Part shown: positions 14,145 to 27,388 of the stretch, in pieces
Layout: every line of letters starts with the position of its first letter
Numbering within the stretch: the stretch's first letter is position 1
The notes under the pieces: generated by a model
Databases searched by the model: none
What the model was told of the DNA's origin: nothing
Seen by the model: only the letters and a program-made list of their open reading frames with translations
Translations under genes and position numbers: made by a program
Source of the DNA: Octopus sinensis
Lineage: Eukaryota
Assembly (NCBI RefSeq): GCF_006345805.1
Contig: NC_043002.1
Span: 94,984,001-95,048,000, forward strand
Direction: 5' to 3'
Length of the DNA: 64,000 bases

Positions 14145-15155
14145 TCTATATATATAAAACTGTAGTTGTGTGAGTGTCTGTCCCCTTTGATTTAGATTCC
14201 TAACTACTCCCACATTTTGCGGTGCAGTTTAATCAAATTCGGGTATCTTATAGTCGTGATTCATATCGAGCCCGTCTGAGTATTAGCGCGCGTCTACGAT
14301 TTTAAAAATAATTTAACATCATTTTTTATTCCATTTTAATGCACAATTTTTCGTGTGTCGATGGCGGCGGAGTTGGCGTCCATGGTCACACCTGCACCTG
14401 TGTTCTCCCCCTTCTTCCCTCCCTCGTGAAGCTGTGGGAAAGGGAGTGTAAGGAAATCAACGTTGTAAAGCGTTGTCAAGGAGACCAGCGTTCTTTTAGA
14501 ACAACGACTTCATGGCTTGAAGACACCAAAACAGAAATGGCTAAGAAAGCCCGAATTGGCATCTATAAGGGAAGTAACTCTCTAAAAATGCTTATATAGT
14601 TATTTCCCTTACAAACCCGAGCAACGCCGGGCGATACTGCTAGTATAGATATAAAACTGTAGTTGTGTGAGTGTCTGTCCCCTTCGATTTAGATTCCTAA
14701 CTACTCCCACATTTTGCGGTGCAGTTTAATCAAATTCGGGTATCTTAGAGTCGTGATTCATATCGAGCCCATCTGGCTATTAGCGCGCGTCTACGATGAG
14801 TCTACGATTTTAAAAATAATTTAACATTATTTTTTATTCCATTTTAATGCATAATTTTTCGTGTGTCGATGGCGGCGGAGTTGGCGTCCATGCTCACATC
14901 CGCACCTGTGTTGCTTTTCCCCCTTCTTCCCTCCCTCATGAAGCTGTGGGGAAGGGAGTGTAAGGAAATCAACGTCGTAAAGCGTTGTCAAGGAGACCAG
15001 CATTCTTTTAGAACAACGACTTCATGGCTTGAAGACACCAAAACAGAAGTGGCTAAGAAAGCTCGAATTGGCATCTATAAGGGAAGTAACTCTCTAAAAA
15101 TGCTTATATAGTTATTTACCTTACAAACCCGAGCAACGCCGGGCGATACTGCTAG
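14145..15155 (+). mobile_element. Two tandem non-autonomous Helitron-like units (14145-14643 and 14644-15155)
   Basis: 5' TC (tctatatatataaaactgtag). Each unit ends in the hairpin cccgagcaacgccggg, then CTAG|T. Units are about 500 bp and nearly identical. Confidence 0.75.
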
Positions 15156-15160
15156 TATAA

Positions 15161-15522
15161 TATATATAGATTAGAGAAAAACCACTATTATGCAATTCAA
15201 ACAATGATAGACATAAACCAAATCGTAAATAAAAAATAAGATATGTTTTAAAACATATAACTAGATCACAAAATGTATAGAAATGAATAAACAATACTTA
15301 TTATATATTGTTTATTCATTTTTGTACTTTTTGTGATCTAGTTATGTTTTAAAATATATCTTATTTTTTATTTATGACTTGGTTTATGTCTATCATTGTT
15401 TGAATTGCATAATAGTGGTTTTTCTTTAATTTATATATATTATATATTTATATTGTGAAATTTGATTTAATGCTAAATTGAATTTTTCCCTGTAAGTTTG
15501 GAGTTATACACCCTAATATTAT
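15161..15522. mobile_element. Foldback (palindromic) repeat family, copy 1, in (TA)n
   Basis: About 135-bp arms at 15161-15440 plus a unique flank at 15450-15522; reverse-complement homolog at 45966-46250. Confidence 0.75.
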
Positions 15523-15527
15523 ATATA

Positions 15528-15582
<55 letters not shown>

Positions 15583-15591
15583 CACTCACCC

Positions 15592-15647
<56 letters not shown>

Positions 15648-17445
15648 TCACCCGTACATATATACACACTCACACACATATGTATCCGTACACACACTAA
15701 CACAGATGTATATGTACTAACAGATGAGTGTGTGTGTGTGTGTGGGTGCATATGAACAGCTTTTTTAGCTTCTGTCTAGCAAATTTGCTCACAAGACTTG
15801 ATCAGCCTGGGGCTACAGTAGAAGACACTTGTCTAAGACACTGCACATTGTGGCTGAACCAGAAAACCATGTGGTTTTCAAATGGACTTCTTAACTACAA
15901 ATCTACACTGTAATTTCTTTAAGCAGAATAGAACTACCTGCACTATAATCATGAACAATTCCAATTCCAGGGAATTCATTCTCCTAATATTCACATTCAT
16001 TTACATTTACACACAGTTCTCCTTTCCAGATTTTACCTGAGACGGCTGTTCTATTGATATAGCAGAATGAATAGCTGGCTAAATTGCTTGGTTGCATTCG
16101 GGAGCCTGTGGTTCATTAGAGATTATCTCTATTTGTTTGTCCATATGGTATTACCCATACAGTTAATCAAAGATTTGGCATTCACCAGCAAAGGAGTAGT
16201 GAGAACTTGTATGAAGTAATTTTAGTTTCTTTCATATCTGAACTTGCTTACATTCTTTTTGTTTACATTGCCCGTCCTCTTTTGGTATTATTATTATTGT
16301 TGTCATTTTCATGGCAGTAGCTGCACTGCTAATAGCAATTGAAACATATTGTTTGTGATATACAATTCACAACAAGAGTACTTTTCGTTTTCTCTTAATG
16401 AGTTATTGTTGAGTGTAACACAGCTTTATATTCTTCCTTCTCTGTAAACTACATACATAAAGCTGTCCTTAAAGAGATACTTAACTGATGACTGTCCCTA
16501 TGTATACTACCATCCTTTTAATATATCTTGCAACACTTATTTCAATTGAATTCTTTATCAACAGTTTTGCAGTCAAGAAAACACACACTGTTCAATTTAA
16601 GAAACAATCTGTCAGAATTAGAAAAAAAAACCCAAAAAAAACAAAAGCAAAAAAACCCAGAAAAACTAATGCTAAAAACATTTCTTAATATCTCATCATG
16701 CCATTATACATTGACTCCTAATTTATTTGTGATGAAATTTCTTCCTAATGTTTTGCAAATTAATTAGGGTTTTTAACATGCAGAGACATACTTTCTTAGC
16801 TATATATACGCATGCACATACATACATACATACATGCATGCATGGAAGAATCCTTGAGATTGCTATCTGTCAACAAGCATTTTTAAGGATAGGTAATTAT
16901 ATATCATTAAATTTTTCTAAAGAAAATTTAATGAAGTAAAATTGAGAAAAGTACCAGAAAGATAAAGATATTTTTCTGTTTATTTGAATATATTTTCATG
17001 ATGAGTGTGTTTTACAAATCCCCAAAAGAACAAGTGAAGTTTTTTTTTTTTTTTTTTTTTTTTTTTTGAGAAATTAAAATTTCATTTCCCCCCTGTTAAT
17101 TTTCAAAGATCCAAGATGAACAACTATCACAGAAGGTTTCCAATATTTTAGACTAATTAGTAAACTATATCCACACTGGTTCTAGATGTTAATCATGTGA
17201 AAATGTCATTACCAACCTGTGTGATATTTGTTACTCTAATGGGTACAATAAAATGCTATTGATTCCATTCTTTAGTCATCATTGTCAGCATCATTATACA
17301 TCCATTTCTGCTGCTGAAGATTTATCAGTACAAGATGCTAATGACCTCTATCAATTATTCATAGAAGGGTTTCTCTTTTTGTTTGTCATTAAAATACAAA
17401 CCAGCTGAGGTTATGTTTACATTAATCTGTTTCTTTTTATGATGG

Positions 17446-17672
17446 TAATTGTTGTTGTTATTATTATTATTATTATTATCGTTATTGTTATTATTATTAT
17501 CGTTGTTGTTGTTATTATTATTATCGTTGTTGTTGTTATTATTATTATCATTGTTGTTATTATTATTATCGTTGTTGCTATTATTGTTGTTGTTGTTGTT
17601 ATTATTATCATTGTTATTATTATTATTATCATTGTTATTATTATTATCATTATTATTATTATTATTATTATT
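17446..17672. repeat. (TTA/TTG/TCA)n trinucleotide microsatellite
   Basis: Read directly; source of the poly-N/I/L ORFs. Confidence 0.95.
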
Positions 17673-18171
17673 GAGTGAGAGAACAGTGCATATATGAAGC
17701 CCAGTATACCCATCATGACTACCCATCTGATAAGGTTACACCAGGCACATGCATCATAACCAAATGTGTGTGACATGATGATCTCATATCAAGATAAACA
17801 GCACATGACTTTGCAGATGGGGCCCAGTTAGAATTTTCTTCAGGTCAAGTAGCCCATCCTGCTCAAAAAGTCACTGAATAAGAGTTGTTTGAGGATGTTG
17901 AATGAAACACCTGTGTTTCCTAAGGTGAATTATCCAAACCCCAAAGAATTCCTCTCAACACATGGCTATGAGGCTTCCCCACTACTTCTGCTCATGATCA
18001 GAAATGCACATATTATTAGCCACTAAGGGACATGCTCAACTGGTTACGGTCAAACAACTGACAAGCAAATTTGTAGTATTGAGCAGAATATTTACTGTAA
18101 CCCAACTTTTATATCAAGACAAAACAATGTACATAACACTTCCAGTCAGTTATTTACTATTATTATTATTA

Positions 18172-18207
<36 letters not shown>

Positions 18208-19743
18208 GCAAATGCTTTTACTTGCTAATTTAATTAGCATAAATGTTATCTTGAGGTTTGGTGACAACAAGTCTCCTCAAATCTAACTAATCATTTTTTG
18301 GGTTTTTGCAGAGTACAGAGTGGCACTTTTCTATAGGTTTACAATACCTGTCCCAATTCCAATACCCTTCAGCCCCGTAAGCAGATTAAGCATTGTGCCA
18401 ATTGTTTCGATTGCCATTCAAAAAATCCTTTACCTTTGTGTTCAATAATCTGTTTCTCTCCCTGTTTACATCCTGATGTATCTGAATTTTCTCAGTGTTT
18501 TTGACATCATCCCTACTCTCACATGAGATTGCAAAGTCATTGAGCTTACGCTGCTCTTTTTTTTTTCCTTCCACGATCATTTCTGATCTCTTTACTTCAA
18601 AAGTATGATCAATTTCTAAGGAGAATTCCTATAAAATCTTGTAATTATCATTTTCTGTAACAGCCTGTTGTTATTATTCAGAAATTGTTATCTTTGCAAA
18701 TATTTGACTAGATCTGAAATTCTTCATTAATATTTGCTTTGATTTTTTGACAATTATTACAGTCTTAGAATCTGTTCAATATAATATCTATGTAACTAAG
18801 TCTACTGCCGAACACGGAAACTTAATTAAAATAAGTTATATTTTTACATGCAGTCTTAACACATAAATTTCGCATCAATAATTTCGAAATATAAAATCTT
18901 GAATTTCTAAGGCCTTTGTTATGTAACAGGTTTTGTTGGTGATCAAAAGCACCACTAAATGGTTAAATACTTAGACCTAGGAATATTAAATAATGTTCTC
19001 CTCATTAACCAATCTCCCTACCTTTCTTTAGGTCAAAGGTCTTGGTGTTAGCTTTGTTAAATATGACCTTTAATCAAGATAGCAATCATTTGATCAATCA
19101 TTCATGTTGTCCCAAAACTTATTAAAATTTACATTATTCAAAGTCAGCCACCATCACTTCTCAAATTGACATTTGCAATAATGTAACTGTTCAGTTTAAC
19201 TCATTATTCTTTTAAAAAAGAAACCAATTGTGTGTTGCTTTGTAGGCGTAAACCAACATTAACTAGATTACAGAGTTTAACAAGGTGTACACCATAACTA
19301 TGTGGTTAAGAAGATAGCTTTCTGACTCAATCCCACTACATGCCAACTTTGAGTATACAGCCTTACTATATATATATAATACTTAATCATATCGAAGAGA
19401 AATGGAAATTAATAGAAATTCTCACTTCCAGTGGCCTTGCATGTAAAAATTTAGTCCAAAGACTATGTATTACTCATAAAATACAGTGTACATTTAAACA
19501 CATACGGAATCCACTCATTGGATTCAATATGCTAGAAAGAACAGCTAGCTTCTATAACCACAAAATTAGGGATAAAATCCCGACAGGAACGAAATGAAAA
19601 AATAAAAACTTTTACCATCTAGTTTCATGGACCAATTGGTTTCTGATTTTAGTTTAGTAGTTTAGCAAATAAATAATATTCGCTAGGTGAAATCTTCGTC
19701 AACAGGTACACCTTTGATTAAATGTATAAAACACGAGGCAATC

Positions 19744-19828
<85 letters not shown>

Positions 19829-19844
19829 ATATATATATTTATAT

Positions 19845-20141
19845 GTGGAGGCACAATGGCCCAGTGCAGTGGTTAGGGCAGCGGACTTGTGGTCAGAGGA
19901 TCGCGGTTTCGATTCCCAGACTGGGCATTGTGTGTGTTTATTGAGCGAAAACACCTAAAAGCTCCACGAGGCTCCGGTAGGGGGTGGTGATCCCTGCTGT
20001 ACTCTTTCACTACTCTTTCTCCCACTTTCTTCTGTTGGCCTGCTCTCTTAGCCAGCGGGGTGGCGTCGTACGAAGGCTAAAACAATGCAAACGCATTGTG
20101 ACCAGCGATGTGTAGCAACATCTGATGGTCTGGTCAGTCAT

Positions 20142-20143
<2 letters not shown>
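19845..20143 (+). mobile_element. tRNA-derived SINE family C between (TA)n tracts
   Basis: gcagtggttagggca...ggtttcgattccc boxes; matches 7891-8172. Confidence 0.85.
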
Positions 20144-20179
<36 letters not shown>

Positions 20180-20263
20180 TGTTCATCTTTATATTCAGTT
20201 ATAATAAAAACAATTTTACATTAATCTGCTGGGTTACTCTACACTTTTGAGGAGTACAAATTT

Positions 20264-20412
20264 ATTATTCTTATACTTGAATGTTGTTGATAGTGACTTC
20301 AAAGTTTTGGCCAGCTAAACCATCAACTGCTAGCTAATCCATTAGTCCAATGATGGATCAACTGGCTGAAACTTCAAAGTCACTGTCAACTACATCCTTG
20401 TATAAAAATAAT
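20264..20412. repeat. Imperfect inverted repeat, about 62-bp arms
   Basis: attattcttatacttgaatgttgttgatagtgacttc...ccatca pairs with tgatgg...gtcactgtcaactacatccttgtataaaaataat. Confidence 0.8.
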
Positions 20413-21000
20413 GTATGTGTGTGTGTGTGTGTAAGTATTGCTGTTAGGGTTGTTAATGTATAGTTAATTCTTTTATCTATAGATATTTATTGTTTATAAC
20501 AACAAACATTTGCTGTTGAAAGGACTCAATACTTTTAGTAGAGCAAAATTTGTTTTCCATATTTGGTTGAAAGGGGCTTCAAGTTTTATTAGCTGCTCCC
20601 CTCCCAGCAAAATACTTCATACTACAATTGAAAACATGCAAACATGTAATATTACATATCAAGACTGATTGTTGCATTTCTGTAACCCAGTTACTGACAC
20701 ACTTCCACTACATCTGTTGAAAGTCAGTTATTGACCTGATTTTATCAGCCTCTGGTGTTTTCATTCGTTTTTGTTGTTGTTGTTGTTGTTCCTTTCCTTA
20801 ATAATATTCCTCTTTCAACCTGACAGTAGTTAATGTCTTTTACATGTCAATTTAACATATAAAATAATTGTCTTGTGTTTTGGTCAGTTGTCCTTTTATG
20901 TATCTGTGTCCTTTCTTTTTCCCTGAATTTTTTGAGTTGTGGATCTATTGTTGCTTTCAGATTCTATTCCTCTTTGTTTCTCTCCTCTAACTCTCCTCCC

Positions 21001-21421
21001 GGATCTTTTCGGTTTGAACGGCAGTTTTTAACATAATTTCTAGGTATCTAAAAAATTTTAAACTTCGGATACTGGTAGAATATGTTTATAAAACATCTTT
21101 TTCCCTTGGCTTTATTGAGAAAATTCTATAGTTTGTAAGATATTCGTTGTTTTTTTTCTTCAATTTCTGCCATTTCAACCAATCACTGACATCTATTGAG
21201 TTAAAAAGCATTCTGTGCCATATGAATATGTCCCTCGTTTAAGAAACAGATTGGGTTTATTTACATTTGTGAAGAAAAAAAAATACTCTTCCCTCTAACC
21301 CTAACCAACCCTAACCCTCAAAGAGATTGAAATGCAATAGATCGATACTAGGGTCATAATTATGGGTGACAATTTCATATGACACCGCTAGAAAAAACTG
21401 CTGTTCAAACCGAGAAGATCC
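21001..21421. mobile_element. Non-autonomous DNA transposon with GG...CC ends and 8-bp TSD (Merlin/MULE-like)
   Basis: About 28-bp TIRs ggatcttttcggtttgaacggcagtttt / aaaactgctgttcaaaccgagaagatcc. TSD ctcctccc (20993-21000) vs atcctccc (21422-21429). Superfamily is uncertain. Confidence 0.75.
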
Positions 21422-23602
21422 ATCCTCCCACCTCTTTCCATTTTATTTTCTTTACTTTTTATTTCTTTCCATTATTATAGTAGTAGGCAGCAATCTGTTG
21501 GATAAAATGCATAACAGATTTTTTCTAGCTCTTCACATTTTGTGTTCAAATTCTGCTGAGGTCAACATTTCATCCTTTTGTGGTGGGGGTGGGGGTCAAT
21601 AAATAAAGTATCAATCAAGTACTGGGTGTTGATATAATCAATTATTCCTTCCCACTAAATTGTTGGCCTTGTGCCAAAATTTGAAACCATTATTGTAGTT
21701 ATTTTTGTTGATATTTTTCTCATGGGTGTGGCAGGTTTATCTGTTGGAAATGTCATTCTTTAAGTCTTTCTAAATTATTTCTGCCAGTGGTAATGTCAGC
21801 TATTATTGTTGTGCTGGTGTTGTAGTTAACTTTTTTTTAGCTAAAATGCAAACTATATATAAGTGTATAAATATATGTAAATGTTCTGTAGATGGATAGA
21901 TAATTGCAGATATTCAGTGTGGTGCATTGGTGTCATCCTCTTAAGATTTATTGTTAAGGTTTGGTTTGTTCTCTCAAATAATTCAGTTACCAGTGTGAGC
22001 AATGAATGGATCATAAGAATGTTGTAAAGATATGATATTAACTCTATTGATGGAACTGTCATATTTATCTAGGGTAAGTAATATAGATGGAGGTTTCTTT
22101 TCCATATAGCTGTTCCATCTGACGTTAGTCAAACTTTACACTAACATTTCAAGATATCACCCTGTGTTGGATTTCGAAGAGGTTTGTACAGAATTCTTTA
22201 TAGCACCTTGTATAGAAAATTATATTTCTTAGCTTACAATTGATATGTAGGCTTGCAGCAGTTCAATAAACAGAGATCGCTAAAATTAGTACCAGATTGA
22301 ATAAGTATTGGGGTTAATGTTTGACTAAAATCTTTGAAAGTGTCCTGTTATAGCTGAAGTCTAGTAACTGAAATGAAGAAACGAAAAAAAAGAAAACAAA
22401 AAAAATGGATTGACAAAATACCTGGTGGTATTTAAAACAGGCCTTTACATTCTGAGTTCATATCCCATCAAAATCTTATTTTCATTCTTTCACTATCAAT
22501 CAAATAAGTACCAGTCTAGTATTGGGATTTATTTCATTAACTATACCCTCTCCCTTTCATGCAAATATGGCCTTTTGCCTAAGCTAGAAATTAATGATAG
22601 ACCAGGACATCATCATTATCATCATCATCATTATTTAATGTCTGCTTTCCATGCTGGCATGAGTTGGATGATTTGACATGGAGCTGGCTAGCAGGAAGCT
22701 GTCCAGACTTCAACTGTCTGTTGTGACATGGTTTCTGTGGCTAGATGCCTTTCCTAATGCCAACCACTTAACAGATTGTGCCACCAGCATGGGTGCATAT
22801 ATACAGCACTGGCATGGGTTTGTTAAGCAGTGCCAGCATGGGTGCTTTTTAAGTGTTCCTGGCACCTGAAAGAGCAAGCCTATATGTGTGGAAATCAGCA
22901 ATTTTACTTAGCTTGACATATATATTATGAATAAAAGATAAAAAAACAATCAATATTTTGATTCTTTCTTTTCAGTATTTCTTTAAAACTAATTCTAATT
23001 CTTATTCAGTATTTGTTATGGGAAAAGATGCATATAAAATCATTATTCTGAAATGCTGCTGGACAATTTTCCTCTGCTGCTGATATACTTTTGTGCTTTT
23101 TAGCACTATACATCTATACAAGATGTTTTCTCAAGACAAATACTACAGCTGCATGGCTTTCTACTGTATATCCACATTGATTAAAATATCCAGATGCTAT
23201 TTTGAAATAATACTGCTTCCATTGATAATAATGAATTATTACTTTCTAAACCTAAAATACCAATACCACACTACCCTGCTCATGGACTGAATGAGGTACA
23301 ACTTTCTGGCAAACATTTTCAGTCCTTGGCTGTTCATCATATTGTATTCAAGCTTTTGTATTATAACTTTACCAACATTCAAACCTTTTACATTTTCTGT
23401 CTTTAGTACAAGTATTAGAGGAATGATTCTGACAAGATTATCATCATGTAGACTTAACACTAATGCTTCCAAAAAAATTACATCTGACTGTAGAAAACTG
23501 GCTCAACAGAATTTTGTCATATCCATGAAATCATGAAAAACTGGACATCAAAACAATGATGATGTATATATATATATATATAATATTTATTTATTGTTAT
23601 AT

Positions 23603-23997
23603 GTGCAGGAGTGGCTGTGTGGTAAGTAGCTTGCTTACCAACCACACGGATCTGGGTTCAGTCCCACTGCATGGCACCTTGGGCAAGTGTCTTCTTCTAT
23701 AGCCTTGGGCCGACCAAAGCCTTCTAAGTGGATTTGGTTGATGGAAACTGAAAGAAGCCCATCGTTTATATGTATATGTATATAAATATGTTTGTGTGTC
23801 TGTGTTTGTCCCCCCCCCAACATTGCTTGACAATCGATGCTGGTGTGTTTACGTCCCCATAACTTAGCGGTTTGGCAAAAGAGACCGAAAGAATAAGTAC
23901 TAGGCTTACAAAGAATAAGTCCTGGGGTTGATTTCCTCGACTAAAGGCGGTGCTCCAGCATGGCCACAGTCAAATGACTGAAACAAGTAAAAGAGTA
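23603..23997 (+). mobile_element. Full-length tRNA-derived SINE family A
   Basis: tggctgtgtggtaag (A box), gggttcagtccc (B box), internal TA/TG tract, tail gaaacaagtaaaagagta. Confidence 0.88.
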
Positions 23998-25312
23998 ACT
24001 GTTGCAAAAAAGATTACTCAATACCATAGCAGATAGTAATATTTTGTTTTGGTGGAGTCAGTCTCTTGCTACTCTGAGTTTCACCTGTGAGTACAGGATC
24101 TTCAGGCCAACTATGACTTATATTTACCGACATACAAACAAACAAAAAATTTAATACATCATTTCAATTCATTACTCAAATATGTTTTCGTAGAGGAATT
24201 ATAATGCAGGCAGTTTTATCCATTGCTTAATTTACCCTAGTACTACTAATTGCAATCAATATAATGTAATAAATATAGCAACACACTTAAATTGCAATGT
24301 TTAGTTTCAGCTGTTTATTTTTTTCCAACTTTATTGTTACTTGTAGAAGTAGGTCTTGAAACACTATTAAAATTACTTTTTCTTTTTCTTTAGATTTAAA
24401 TTAACATCTACCACAAATTTAACAAAAGTCAAACAAAATGTGAAACAAAGAGAAAAATCCATGGGACGTGCGTGTTTATGAAAATGCAATTTTGTTTAGC
24501 TAAATTATTTCAATAAAACTTTTATAGCTATGCTATAAACTGTAAACTACATACAACCCACAACACCCGCCCACCCCCACGACCACCACCATTATTAATA
24601 TTCATGGTATTGTAACTTAGAGGTAAATATGTTTTTCTTTTCTTTTTGAAGATTGCTACAGGCTATCTGTTGACTTGCACCATTTTCTAATGTAACATGA
24701 ACTGTCATACTATCTAAAACCTTTACTTTTTTTCCCCCGCTCCATTCTACTTTAACAACTGCTCTTTGGAAAGCTTTCATATTGATTTATTTCATCCATC
24801 CGTACTTTAATAATTAGCTTTACCTCTCTGAACCTTGTGGCATTATATTTTGTGTTTTTCTATTTAGGAGTCTTGATACAAAAACTATAAATCCCATTAA
24901 CTAACATCATATATATTTCAGTGATAGAGTTTGTGATTTACTGAAAACTACTGGTGTTCCTATTACTTTCCCTTTCATTACTTTAAGTGACAGACGTGGG
25001 TAGTGACATTAAAACTGTGGTTGAACCTAGGGCATGGGCTGTGACACTAGAGTTATTGCTACTGTTAAGTGTAGGCAGTGAACCCCAGAGCTATTATTGT
25101 TTCTTTTATACCTGCTAGGTGTAGAATATGTCATTAATTCACTAGATTTAGTATTTTAAATAACTAAAGCTTTCGATACTGGTTGAAATAAGTTTGTTTC
25201 ACCTAAACTATGGTTTTCGGAAAAGTAAAGGCATCCAAACTTCTTTACTCTCTCCATCCAAATCAGTGGTTCGCAACCATTTTTTACCTATGGACCCCCC
25301 CCCCATTTTTTT

Positions 25313-25612
25313 TTGTTCCTTCTTGAACCATGCCTGGCTCATAAGGGCCGGTTTCCCGGTTTCTTGGCATATAGGTTCCCCACCTGGACGGGATGCCGGT
25401 CCGTCGCAGGTGAGCTGCAAGATGCAGGAGGAAAGAGTGAGAGAAAGTTGTGGCGAAAGAGTCAGCAGAAGTTTCGCCATTACCTTCTGCTGGAGCCACG
25501 TGGAGCTTAGGTGTTTTGCTCATAAACACACACACCGCCTGGTCTGAGTTTTGAACTCGCGATCCCTCGACTGCGAATCTGCTGCTCTAATTACTAGGCC
25601 GTGTGCCTCCAC
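25313..25612 (-). mobile_element. tRNA-derived SINE, family C-related
   Basis: Reverse complement of 33428-33733. Confidence 0.85.
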
Positions 25613-25856
25613 ATGGACACCTTTGATTCCTATGTTACTCAAGTGGACACCCATAGCCATTTGGCATTTTAAAATATCCCATTATATTTTCATTATTAAA
25701 TATTATTAGGAATTGTATGAGAAATAATTATCAAAATATTTTGTGTTGTAGAATTATAACCAATTTACTTCAACAATACACAAAATATTTTAATAATTAT
25801 TTTCCATACAATTCCTAATATTTAATTATAAAAATATAATGGGATTTTTTTTTTTG

Positions 25857-26180
25857 CTGTGAAGTGCATGGCTCAGTATTTAGAGCGTCAGGCTCACAAT
25901 CTTGAGGTAGTGAGTTTGATTCCTGGACCAGGCTGTGTGTCATGTATTTGAGCAAGATACTTCATTTCACTCAGCTGTAGGAATGAGTTGCGATGTCAAT
26001 GGTGCCAAGCTGTATTAGCATTTGTCTTTCTCTTGAACAACATTGGTGGTGTGGAGAGGAGAGGCTGATATGCATGAGTGACTGCTGGTCTTCCATAAAC
26101 AACCTTGCCCTGACATATGCCTTGGAGGGGAATGTTCTAGGTGCAATCCTATGGTCATTCGTGATTGAAGGGGGTCCTTA
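25857..26180 (+). mobile_element. tRNA-derived SINE family E
   Basis: tggctcagtatttagagcg and gagtttgattcc boxes; homolog at 54930-55262. Confidence 0.75.
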
Positions 26181-26854
26181 ACCAATTTACTGCACATAAT
26201 TTTTAACAACTAAACCTTATATGGGCCCGCAAGGACCAAATAGACCATGGTTGAAAACCACTGATTTAAATCCTATCTATATGCACAGTTATGGTTGTGT
26301 GGTTTCAGAATAGAATTTCACTTTACAATTATATACGTCTGAGCTGAATCCCACTTTGTGGTACCACGGTCTCAGGTTGACCAATATCTTGTGAATGGAA
26401 TTTGGTATATACAAGATCTGTTTGTGCCTAATATATATTTGTATATTTGTTAATCATCATCATCATCATCATTTAACCATACTGGCATGGTTTTAATGGT
26501 TTGATAAAATCCAGTGAGAACCAAAGGTGTGTTAGGCTCCCGAGTTGGTTTTAGTATTATTTCTATGGCTGGGTTCCCTTCCTTATGCCAATTACTTTAA
26601 AGTTTGTTCTTCACCCCCACCTTTTTTCTTTTTTTGTTTTGTGCCACTGGTATTAGTATGGTCACTAAATGTGTGTGCATGCATGTATGTTTTTCATTAG
26701 CGATAGAAGCACTATTACTTCAAAATAGCATTCTGTATATCTTAATGTAGATACACTGTAGAAAGCTATAACTGTAGTATTCATCTTGTTAAAGCATCTT
26801 GTATAACTATCTATATGTGATTATTTCTTGAGATGAATGATACAGTTGTGTATT

Positions 26855-27075
26855 ACTCTTTTACTTGTTTTAGTCATTTGACTGTGGCCATGCTGGAGCA
26901 CCACCTTTAGTCGAGCAAATCGACCACAGGACTTGTTCTTTGTAAGCCTAGTACTTAGTCTATCAGTCTCTTTTGCCAAACTGCTAAGTTATGGGGGCGT
27001 AAACACACCAGCATCGGTTGCCAAGCGATTTGGGGGGGGGGGCAAACACAGACACACAAACATATACACACGAAA

Positions 27076-27128
<53 letters not shown>

Positions 27129-27295
27129 TACGGTGGGCTTCTTTCAGTTTCCGCCTACCAAATCCACTCACAAGGCTTTGGTTAACCCGAGGCTATAGTA
27201 GAAGGCACTTGCCCAAGGTGCCATGCAGTGGGACTGAACCCAGAACCATGTGGTTCGTAAGCAAGTTACTTACCACACAGCACTCCTACGCCTGT
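26855..27295 (-). mobile_element. Full-length SINE family A
   Basis: Reverse complement of 23603-23997. Confidence 0.88.
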
Positions 27296-27331
27296 ATGTA
27301 CGTGTTTGTACATTATGTACATACATACATA

Positions 27332-27388
<57 letters not shown>

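Larger units (their letters stand above)
25264..26263. mobile_element. Non-autonomous hAT-like element carrying two nested SINEs
   Basis: TIRs cagtggttcgcaacc / ggttgaaaaccactg; imperfect 8-bp TSD atccaaat / atttaaat; related sequence at 30780-31091. Confidence 0.7.

Noticed and set aside
14339-15111. Duplicated 82-86 aa ORFs
   Set aside because: They lie in the Helitron-like dimer, start at different points and have no recognisable domain.
18386-18580. 64-aa charged ORF
   Set aside because: At most a faint resemblance to a LINE ORF1 remnant; not enough to call.
21291-21320. CCCTAA telomere-like repeats
   Set aside because: Only two or three degenerate units, internal to a TIR element.
23603-23680. 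tRNA gene (and similar SINE heads)
   Set aside because: A/B boxes run straight into SINE bodies and no full cloverleaf forms.
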